A stretch of 64,000 nt of DNA from a virus: IMG/VR virus record IMGVR_UViG_3300007513_000005. One strand, given 5' to 3'. The notes below the pieces were generated by a model, which saw only the letters and a list, made by a program, of their open reading frames with translations, ran no database searches and was not told the origin of the DNA. Shown here piece after piece: positions 57,379 through 64,000 of this stretch; position 1 is the stretch's first letter, and the number at the start of each line of letters is the position of its first letter. The translations under genes and the position numbers were made by a program.

Positions 57379-58778
57379 CTCTTGCGCTCCGCCCTCATAA
57401 ATCCCGCTTTTTTGCCTGCGACATGAGTTTCTAGGCTCCAATCATTTGGTCCTAAAGTAATTGTCTGCCCCTTGGCGAACGGTATCGAGTAGGTATATCC
57501 GTCCTTACCCCTAAACCTATAGATATACCCTTCTTCCTTTACTTTTTTATTGTGGGCAGCTAAGACTTCCCTGAATTTCTTTAAGTTCTTAAGATAATTC
57601 TCCACTGTCTTTTTGGGGTTTCCTATAACTTTCCCTTTAATTGGACTATAGATTTTGGTGCCTTCGAGGGCGCCAATATCCAGTCCGCCGTGAGAAGTTC
57701 CTGCTGCCCTCTTTTGTCCAAATTCTGCAAAACCAGCTGGGGCGTACACGTTTCCACCTTTGCCTGAGTTTATGTAGTAATCCCATGCTTTACCCTTATT
57801 GAGTGGGTGTTTGTTGCATACTTTGGCCAGGTGTCTGCGGGGATTATACTTTTTCTGTTTGCGGCCGCGCCATCTTACAACCTCGATATGAGTGTGAGGG
57901 AATTGATCCTTACCTTCCTTGTTCAAAGGGTCCATCATACCAGACCTGCCAACCATTCCTAAATAATCCCCAACCTCAACTTTGCCGTTTTCTAGAAGCG
58001 CTTCATTTACGGCTTGAAAATGAAAGAATTTAAGAATATAGTTATCAATAAGAGAGTCATTATTGCCAACACCCACGAGCGAGACCCTCACGCCAGCCGA
58101 CCAAGAACTTCTGACACTATTGCCATACCCTGGAGCAAATCTAACCATATTATGTATAATGACATAAACTGCGATTGTGTGATTCAATTTTAAATCCTTA
58201 AATCCATTAGGTCCGTCTTCTGGTACTGGCACAACCACCAATTCGCCGCGAGGGTTGCGGTAAAACGCTGGTTTAGCTGGGGGTCGGTCGACTCCGAGTT
58301 CTATAGCACCAGACTTAATGTGAGAATCCACAATACCATAATCTGTCGACAACATTTGAACCCTAACTTCTCTAATGGTATTCTGATTGGTTGTAACATC
58401 CGTCGAAGAGTCTGTGAATTCATATATTACTGTAAATATCTCAGCAGGCATGGTAATTGCGTTTCGTCCTCCAGTAAGTCCCTCAACTGCACAATAATGC
58501 CTAATGACAGACATTGCAGTATCTGAATCGGTATCCACGGATTCTGGATTTATTAAATCCCGTGCCTTTTGGTGAGCGTCTGGGATTTGAGATATACTTA
58601 TCTTTTGCGACTTCAATATCAAGGCACTCCTCGTATTCAGTAATGATTCCGTCTTTGCTGAAGCGTGTGAGTTTAGGGACTCAATATTATCCGTGATGTC
58701 GGTGCCGACTGCTTGGGTTTTTGAAGTGTCCAACGTTGTGTCGGTCATAGAATAGTGTAGATATTTTGATGATGTCAC
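57375..58778 (-). CDS. Tandem paralog 1: shared N-terminal domain plus M23 (LytM-like) peptidase with permuted motif order
   Basis: GYGN..FFHF..VEVGDYLGMVGRSG..PHTHIEV..YNP precedes FG.KR...SHGGLDIGALEGTKIYSPIKGKV. GTG start with GGAGG SD. Confidence 0.75.
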   Translation of the reverse strand: MTSSKYLHYSMTDTTLDTSKTQAVGTDITDNIESLNSHASAKTESLLNTRSALILKSQKISISQIPDAHQKARDLINPESVDTDSDTAMSVIRHYCAVEGLTGGRNAITMPAEIFTVIYEFTDSSTDVTTNQNTIREVRVQMLSTDYGIVDSHIKSGAIELGVDRPPAKPAFYRNPRGELVVVPVPEDGPNGFKDLKLNHTIAVYVIIHNMVRFAPGYGNSVRSSWSAGVRVSLVGVGNNDSLIDNYILKFFHFQAVNEALLENGKVEVGDYLGMVGRSGMMDPLNKEGKDQFPHTHIEVVRWRGRKQKKYNPRRHLAKVCNKHPLNKGKAWDYYINSGKGGNVYAPAGFAEFGQKRAAGTSHGGLDIGALEGTKIYSPIKGKVIGNPKKTVENYLKNLKKFREVLAAHNKKVKEEGYIYRFRGKDGYTYSIPFAKGQTITLGPNDWSLETHVAGKKAGFMRAERKR

Positions 58779-58779
58779 C

Positions 58780-59070
58780 CTAGTCCTCCGAAGAGTTTAT
58801 CATCTCAAACAAGCTATCCTTTTCATCTTCGGAAATGGAGTTGTCGACCTTAGAACTCTTTTTGTGTTGTAGTGCTGCAATCTTAACTAACTGTTCATTT
58901 GACCTTTGAAGGGTTTCTAAATACTTTGCCGCCACCAGGCCAACTTCTCGATGGCGGTCGGTTGTCTCTTGCATGTATTTCATCAGATTTGTCAACAAAA
59001 CTTTCGTTGCGGCACGATCTTCGGTGACGTTTCTGGTTGCTTCTGATATTAATTCTTCAATCTCTTTCAT
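58780..59070 (-). CDS. Hypothetical helical protein (96 aa), weak resemblance to T4-type small terminase
   Basis: HREVGLVAAKYLETLQRSNEQLVKIAAL loosely recalls the gp16 pattern RA.EV....IK.L...N..L. The ORF is solid; the function is uncertain. Confidence 0.4.
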   Translation of the reverse strand: MKEIEELISEATRNVTEDRAATKVLLTNLMKYMQETTDRHREVGLVAAKYLETLQRSNEQLVKIAALQHKKSSKVDNSISEDEKDSLFEMINSSED

Positions 59071-59074
59071 ACAA

Positions 59075-59082
59075 TAAATATG
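59075..59082 (-). promoter_or_regulatory. Putative late promoter motif CATATTTA
   Basis: In the 12-nt gap between the sigma gene stop and ATG 59070. Confidence 0.35.
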
Positions 59083-59787
59083 CTAAATTTGAAATTTATC
59101 ACCCCGTTCATATTTGATCACAAAGTACTTATACCTTTCCCTCATCTTATTCAATGTATTTACTATCTGCTTTGTTTTGAGTCCAGTAATTTCTCTTAAA
59201 TACAAATAGACCGCTTTTTTGTTTAAGATTTCTATATCCTCAACATTTTCTAAAAGTATCTTCACAGCAGACAATACTTTCTTTTCATTATCCTTGGTGA
59301 AGAGGTTTGAACCTTGCCATCGATCAACCTCTAGTTTTAAATACCCCCAGAACTCGTACTTCTCTCGCCTATTGACATAACCTTCATCGTTGTATATCAA
59401 CCGTTCGTGCTGGTTTTCTTTGACGATCTCCTCATAAGCAACCTCTCTTTTTACTTTTGTGGAATTCTTCTTGAACTGGTGAATGAACCAATGCTTCGTA
59501 ATTACGGAAAAATAAGAAAATGCTTTAGATCCTCTATTCGGGTCGTACTTGCTGAGAATAGTTGTTAACCAAACTTTACAATCGTCTTTCAGGACATCTA
59601 TGTTTGGTATGTTTGTGAAGTTATAAGTGTAGATGATCTTATCAACCATCTCACTAAAGGCGGGTTGTATATATTGTACATACAGTTTTTCACGTTTATC
59701 TCTACTTTCAGTAGAACAATATTCGACTATTGCATCCTCGTGAACACTTGTAAAGTAATAATTTTTAGTCCTCTTCTTTCTCGGCAT
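59083..59787 (-). CDS. RNA polymerase sigma factor (T4 gp55-like late sigma)
   Basis: Region-2-like YDPNRGSKAFSYFSVITKHWF (compare gp55-type FDP.KS.NPFAYFTQI); it sits at the head of the morphogenesis module. Confidence 0.7.
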   Translation of the reverse strand: MPRKKRTKNYYFTSVHEDAIVEYCSTESRDKREKLYVQYIQPAFSEMVDKIIYTYNFTNIPNIDVLKDDCKVWLTTILSKYDPNRGSKAFSYFSVITKHWFIHQFKKNSTKVKREVAYEEIVKENQHERLIYNDEGYVNRREKYEFWGYLKLEVDRWQGSNLFTKDNEKKVLSAVKILLENVEDIEILNKKAVYLYLREITGLKTKQIVNTLNKMRERYKYFVIKYERGDKFQI

Positions 59788-60073
59788 CCCCTTCCTCTTC
59801 TGTTTCTATCTCTACCAGTGCCATAAGGTCACCGTACTCATCTAGAGAATCTAAAATTCCTTTCGAGTGATCAATCAAAGCTTGCAAAGTCTGATCTCCA
59901 TAAAACATCTCTGCTTCGTGAATTTGTTCCACATGCATCCTGAATACACTAATCATCTCGTACACCGAGTCTATGTTAGATCCGACAATCAACATACGGC
60001 GGGCGAGTCGCGTAGCGTAGAATATCAACAACCCGTTCAATACTACTGAAAATAATAAAAACAACTCAATCAT
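59765..60073 (-). CDS. Hypothetical membrane-anchored protein (102 aa)
   Basis: N-terminal hydrophobic helix LFLLFSVVLNGLLIFYA. Confidence 0.7.
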   Translation of the reverse strand: MIELFLLFSVVLNGLLIFYATRLARRMLIVGSNIDSVYEMISVFRMHVEQIHEAEMFYGDQTLQALIDHSKGILDSLDEYGDLMALVEIETEEEGDAEKEED

Positions 60074-60326
60074 CTTTGTAAACCTTACTCTTTAAATTCT
60101 TCTTCTCTTTTTTGATTTCAGATTTTGCTTCCTCAATATGAGATTTAACAACGTCGCCAGCTTTTGCCTTAAACTTGTCCTTATCTACCTTCTGCCCTAT
60201 ATCGGACACAACCTTGATGATGTGATCGGATGAACATATCTCGCAGGATTCCTGCTCTTGATCCATCCTAAGAAAAGCGCTAAAATTCTCCTCACATTCT
60301 AAGCAAAGAAATTCATAAATCGGCAT
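60066..60326 (-). CDS. FmdB-family zinc-ribbon protein
   Basis: Start refined to ATG 60326; MPIYEFLCLECEENF...CEICSS is the MPxYxYxCxxC...CPxC pattern. Confidence 0.8.
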   Translation of the reverse strand: MPIYEFLCLECEENFSAFLRMDQEQESCEICSSDHIIKVVSDIGQKVDKDKFKAKAGDVVKSHIEEAKSEIKKEKKNLKSKVYKDD

Positions 60327-60330
60327 TATA

Positions 60331-60537
60331 CTAATCGCTTCCAACTGTACTATTTGTTTCATTCACATCCATAAGATGCGATGTATCAATAGTTGGAGGG
60401 TTTAATATAATAATCTCCTCGTTTTCACCCAACATTAAATCAAACCCCCTCAATACTGGGGTGATATCCGTTTGCTTCATTAGTGAGTCTTGTAGTGCCA
60501 ACATAATTGCACCAAGTGCTTGATCAGATAATTTCAT
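60331..60537 (-). CDS. Hypothetical protein (68 aa)
   Basis: ORF with an ATGA overlap to cysC. Confidence 0.7.
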   Translation of the reverse strand: MKLSDQALGAIMLALQDSLMKQTDITPVLRGFDLMLGENEEIIILNPPTIDTSHLMDVNETNSTVGSD

Positions 60538-61076
60538 TTTTTTCCTCCTGTTTCTTCTAAAATAAAATTTACTAAATTTTCTACCGACTGGTCAATAGTT
60601 TCCTTATTGGTGTCGATAATTAAATCTGCGTTCTTTGGTTCTTGGAATGGATCCGAAATGCCCGTAAAGTTCGGGATATGCTCAGGATCCGTTTTAGGTA
60701 AAAGTGCCTTTCTGTACAATCCTTTGGGATCTCTCTCAATTAAGGTTTCAATATCACACTTAACATAAACAATCCTAGACAGCGGGTTGTCAGACTTTAC
60801 CTCTCTCCGTATATCATCATAAGGGTTTATTGCAGACATTACACAGACCACTTTGTTGCGGGACAAAACCTTCCCAACAAACGAAAGTCTTCTGATATTA
60901 GTGTTCCTGTCCTCTTTTGAAAACCCAAGGTCCTTGCAGAGTCCCTCTCTATATTCGTCACCGTCGATAACCTCTACATTATAACCCATCTCTCTTAGGC
61001 GGGTTTGTGCTAAAAAAGTCATTGTAGACTTACCTGCGCCACTCATGCCTGTCATCTGTACAAAAATACCACTCAT
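60534..61076 (-). CDS. cysC: Adenylyl-sulfate (APS) kinase
   Basis: MTGMSGAGKST, IDGDEYR..L..DLGFSKEDRNTNIRR, SAINPY, RDPKGLYRKA and NFTGISDPFQEP. Confidence 0.95.
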   Translation of the reverse strand: MSGIFVQMTGMSGAGKSTMTFLAQTRLREMGYNVEVIDGDEYREGLCKDLGFSKEDRNTNIRRLSFVGKVLSRNKVVCVMSAINPYDDIRREVKSDNPLSRIVYVKCDIETLIERDPKGLYRKALLPKTDPEHIPNFTGISDPFQEPKNADLIIDTNKETIDQSVENLVNFILEETGGKK

Positions 61077-61077
61077 A

Positions 61078-61479
61078 TTATTCTCCCAAATACCTTATTA
61101 CTAAATCATGTATAGATGAGTCGACATTCTCACGCCAAGACTCATTGCTCTCTTTGATGTTGTTTCTAATTCCAGTAGCGGAAATAAACCCAATGTTCTG
61201 TGGAGGTACGTGCTCGTTAAGTTCATACCCAACTCCGCGTCCCCAATTGACACTTTCAATGTCTGGGATACAAACTACCTCCACGTCCTGCTCACTGTAT
61301 ACTTTTTGTATCATTTCTACTGTCTGTTCTGTAGTAAAAGGATTCTTTTCATCGGGCGGGATATCCCTAACTGCGATCAAGATTGGTTTACCCTCGCTTA
61401 GCTTCTGGTTGATTAACCACTTGTGTCCATTGTGAAATGGTTGCCACCTGCCAACAAACATTGCTCTCTTATTGATCAT
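61078..61479 (-). CDS. HxGH (HUP-class) nucleotidyltransferase, NadM/cytidylyltransferase-like
   Basis: FVGRWQPFHNGH, NPFT and ISATGIR (SxT motif). Confidence 0.8.
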   Translation of the reverse strand: MINKRAMFVGRWQPFHNGHKWLINQKLSEGKPILIAVRDIPPDEKNPFTTEQTVEMIQKVYSEQDVEVVCIPDIESVNWGRGVGYELNEHVPPQNIGFISATGIRNNIKESNESWRENVDSSIHDLVIRYLGE

Positions 61480-62338
61480 CCGAAATTGCCCTACCTTTTA
61501 GTTTTTCCCAATCCTTCTCTGGTCTTACATTTAAATTTGTCTTCCATGCGCCCTTCAACACCGCAAGGTCCAATCCGATTGAATCCGCAAATGTCATAAA
61601 CGCATTAATATCTTTAGGGAAACAAGACCCTCCGAAACCCATCTTACCATCTGGTCCTGGCACCTGTAAGTGTGAATCACCTACACGTCCGTCCGATACA
61701 AAACCTCTGACGGCTTTTTCCCAATTAATCGTTCCTGTCTTCTCTGCCACCATATTCATCTCGTTCATAAAAGAAACCTTGACGGCAAAAAACAAATTAT
61801 TAAAATACTTTATCATCTCAGCTGTTTCATAATTCGTTGTTATGAAATTATTTCCAGCAAACCTCAAATTATACAATTGCTTGACCTTATTAACTGACAA
61901 GTTTCGCTGTCCATCATCCAAGTCTGTCTCAAAACCCAATACGATTCTAGACTGGTTTAGAAAATCAAACCTAGCATGCCGCTCAGTTAGAAACTCAGGA
62001 TTAAAAACAATTTGCAAATTGGGATGCTTCCTCTTTAAACCCCTGGTTGTGCCTGGTACAACTGTTGACTTTAGCACAAATACAGTCTTACTGCTTTGCT
62101 TCTTGCACACCTCAACTGCGTCGAATACGGACTCAACGATAGAGAGATCGATTGTACCATCACTTTTCATAGGGGTTGGAACAGATATAAACACAACATC
62201 CGTATCATTAACAACCTCCTCCAAAGTATTAAAAGACTTATCAGGATCTTTGTCAAAAATCTTTACCTCCATATATGGAATAAAAGCATGTGCGATTGCG
62301 TTTCCGACAAAACCGTTCCCAATAATACCCAACTTCAT
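61469..62338 (-). CDS. UDP-glucose/GDP-mannose dehydrogenase family protein
   Basis: GIIGNGFVG, FISVPTP, LKSTVVPGTT, FNPEFL, AEMIKY..N and GFGGSCFPKD. At 289 aa it lacks the usual C-terminal domain. Confidence 0.9.
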   Translation of the reverse strand: MKLGIIGNGFVGNAIAHAFIPYMEVKIFDKDPDKSFNTLEEVVNDTDVVFISVPTPMKSDGTIDLSIVESVFDAVEVCKKQSSKTVFVLKSTVVPGTTRGLKRKHPNLQIVFNPEFLTERHARFDFLNQSRIVLGFETDLDDGQRNLSVNKVKQLYNLRFAGNNFITTNYETAEMIKYFNNLFFAVKVSFMNEMNMVAEKTGTINWEKAVRGFVSDGRVGDSHLQVPGPDGKMGFGGSCFPKDINAFMTFADSIGLDLAVLKGAWKTNLNVRPEKDWEKLKGRAISDDQ

Positions 62339-63204
62339 GACAACTCCTCTTTCAAAGTCTTAAATACAGACTCTAGGCCCTTTCCCAGTTTAACCTTGCT
62401 CTCCCATCCGTGTGATTTAAATTTTGACAAATTCGCCTTAGTCAACATTACATCACCTACTCGGGCATCAACATACTTAAACTCTTGCTCTGGAAAATAT
62501 TGTAACACAATTTCTTTCATTTCATTCAAACTAATATTATCCCCAGACCCAATGTCATACCAGTGTCCCCACAAATCGTCCTTATCGATATTCTCAGCAC
62601 AAAAAATGTTTGCAGAAACAATGTCGTCGACGTGGGTCATATCGCGACGCTGTTCTCCGTCACCCGTAATGAATGGTACTTTACCTTCTTTGATATATTT
62701 TTTCCAATTACAAACAACTGTAGCATATTCACTATCAGCAACTTGATCATAAGAGTAAACATTAAAATACCTCAATGCAACAGTCTTCAACCCATACAAT
62801 TCACTGTACAATAGAGTCTCCAATTCACCAACATATTTAGAAAGTGCATACGGACTAGCGGGACCATTACCATTCCCAACAACAGATGATGAACTGCTGT
62901 AGATTACAGGAATGCCCTCTCTTTTCGCCCAATGCAAGATATTAGTAGTCGAATTAATGTTATTATTCATAACCACCGTAGGATGCTTTACACTAAACGC
63001 AACTCTAGGAATTGCTGCAAAATGCACAACTACATCAATAGGGTTGTTTTGGTGGTTGATGTGTAATTCTTTTACCTTCTTTGATAGGTCAAACTCGCGA
63101 TTCCCATTCATATCATACCCCACATAGGTATGTCCGAGTTCTTCCCACTTCTTAACGAAGTTTCCGCCGATGTATCCTTCGTGTCCCGTTACCAACGCTC
63201 TCAT
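62335..63204 (-). CDS. NAD-dependent epimerase/dehydratase (extended SDR)
   Basis: VTGHEGYIG, HFAA, YSSSSSV, SPYALSK (YxxxK), LRYFNVY and GDGEQRRDMTHVDD. Confidence 0.92.
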   Translation of the reverse strand: MRALVTGHEGYIGGNFVKKWEELGHTYVGYDMNGNREFDLSKKVKELHINHQNNPIDVVVHFAAIPRVAFSVKHPTVVMNNNINSTTNILHWAKREGIPVIYSSSSSVVGNGNGPASPYALSKYVGELETLLYSELYGLKTVALRYFNVYSYDQVADSEYATVVCNWKKYIKEGKVPFITGDGEQRRDMTHVDDIVSANIFCAENIDKDDLWGHWYDIGSGDNISLNEMKEIVLQYFPEQEFKYVDARVGDVMLTKANLSKFKSHGWESKVKLGKGLESVFKTLKEELS

Positions 63205-63887
63205 TTGTATTTTAAATCCTTTAAGTGTTTCTCAAATTTTGGTAGTTCATGATCTGAACACAAATCCTTGTATGCCTCTGGGTCTTTTCCTATGGCACGT
63301 CCGTCGACCTTTCTCTTTCCATAATTTGTCTCGTTGCCTTTACCAGCGCGGCCTAACACTGAAACATTCCAATCAAAGACCCAATCCTCAACATAATCTG
63401 GATAGTCTTTAAAACTATGCTCTGATTCTAATCCAAATTTCTCTTCCATTTGGTGCTGGACTTTTTCGGGATCCGTTACGAGATCTTCATATTTAACCTC
63501 AAGATCAATCAAGTTGCCAAACAGGACCTTGTTTCTTTGGTCCATGGACTCAATCCACCTCTTCGGTTTAACATAGTTCCCATCTGACAGGACAACATCT
63601 CTCCCATCTCTAACTACGTTTATAACTCTAATGTCTTCTTTTAGAATATCAGCTGCTTGAAATTGGAACTCTGGTACCAACACGTTACTTAAAAGTGCTG
63701 GTGGGTGTCTCTTTCCTATTGTAAATCCGCTCTTGCTTTCATGCTTGACGAACTTGTCAAAGTCCATCTCATGACCGTCGAAACCCTCTTTGTAAATAAC
63801 TTCCGTATCTTTAAATGCGTAACACATCCTCAAAAGTAATGTGGTGCCCGACTTCGCACATCCTGTAATAAAAATCTTCTTACTCAT
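63201..63887 (-). CDS. Sulfotransferase family protein
   Basis: PAPS-binding loop-like ITGCAKSGTTLL, then VVRDGRDVVLS and VKYEDLVTDP. Start refined to ATG 63887 (TAATG overlap). Confidence 0.75.
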   Translation of the reverse strand: MSKKIFITGCAKSGTTLLLRMCYAFKDTEVIYKEGFDGHEMDFDKFVKHESKSGFTIGKRHPPALLSNVLVPEFQFQAADILKEDIRVINVVRDGRDVVLSDGNYVKPKRWIESMDQRNKVLFGNLIDLEVKYEDLVTDPEKVQHQMEEKFGLESEHSFKDYPDYVEDWVFDWNVSVLGRAGKGNETNYGKRKVDGRAIGKDPEAYKDLCSDHELPKFEKHLKDLKYK

Positions 63888-64000
63888 TATATCTCCCAAG
63901 TCTTATATTCTGGTTCTTTGGTTTTATTCGTATTGTGCATTCTATATCTATAGAACGGAATTCTTAAGTGATGAATTTTATACTCTTGTCCTAATCTTTT
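63887..64000 (-). CDS. C-terminal fragment of a probable glycosyltransferase family 2
   Basis: Manual translation KRLGQEYKIHHLRIPFYRYRMHNTNKTKEPEYKTWEI* contains the P.Y.YR.H..N.T pattern typical of GT2 C-termini. Confidence 0.5.
   Translation of the reverse strand, partial: KRLGQEYKIHHLRIPFYRYRMHNTNKTKEPEYKTWEI

Noticed and set aside
61842-62746. Overlapping 173-aa and 216-aa plus-strand ORFs
   Set aside because: Antisense shadows of the well-supported dehydrogenase and epimerase genes, with no recognisable motifs.
1-64000. Stop-codon reassignment (alternative genetic code), tRNAs, CRISPR arrays, inteins, homing endonucleases, DGR
   Set aside because: TAA, TAG and TGA all terminate well-defined genes and the standard code gives near-complete coding density. 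Intergenic gaps are too short for RNA genes or arrays. Terminase, primase and portal have normal lengths, and no reverse transcriptase or duplicated template region was seen. This was checked by eye only.
1-64000. Eukaryotic giant virus (NCLDV) or cellular origin, suggested by the Mre11-Rad50 fusion and sugar genes
   Set aside because: T4-like portal, terminase, protease, gp25 and gp6, a sigma factor, bS21 and Shine-Dalgarno sites indicate a tailed bacteriophage.

Overview
The window is a co-oriented (all minus strand), tightly packed segment of a large T4-like (myovirus-type) jumbo or 'huge' phage genome, read with the standard genetic code. Many genes overlap by ATGA or TAATG. In transcription order (64000 -> 1) it carries: (i) an accessory glycan/sulfation cluster (GT2 fragment, sulfotransferase, NAD-dependent epimerase, UDP-sugar dehydrogenase, HxGH nucleotidyltransferase, APS kinase); (ii) an FmdB-type zinc ribbon and a gp55-like sigma factor; (iii) a roughly 42-kb baseplate/tail module. 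That module has three tandem paralogs sharing an N-terminal domain but carrying different C-termini (an apparently circularly permuted M23 peptidase, an SGNH hydrolase, or no enzyme), then a gp5-like spike, a 2800-aa protein with a peptidoglycan-binding N-terminus, gp25, gp6, a DNRLRE-like protein, a 4178-aa gp7-like wedge with LamG domains, and further paralogous structural genes; (iv) a J-domain protein, RuvC-like resolvase, primase and a fused Mre11-Rad50 (gp47-gp46); (v) a holin-like gene and other small membrane genes; (vi) the head module: terminase large subunit, portal, prohead protease, ribosomal protein bS21 and scaffold (truncated at the window edge). No tRNA, rRNA, CRISPR array, intein or mobile element was seen by eye. 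All family assignments come from manual motif recognition; no database search was run.
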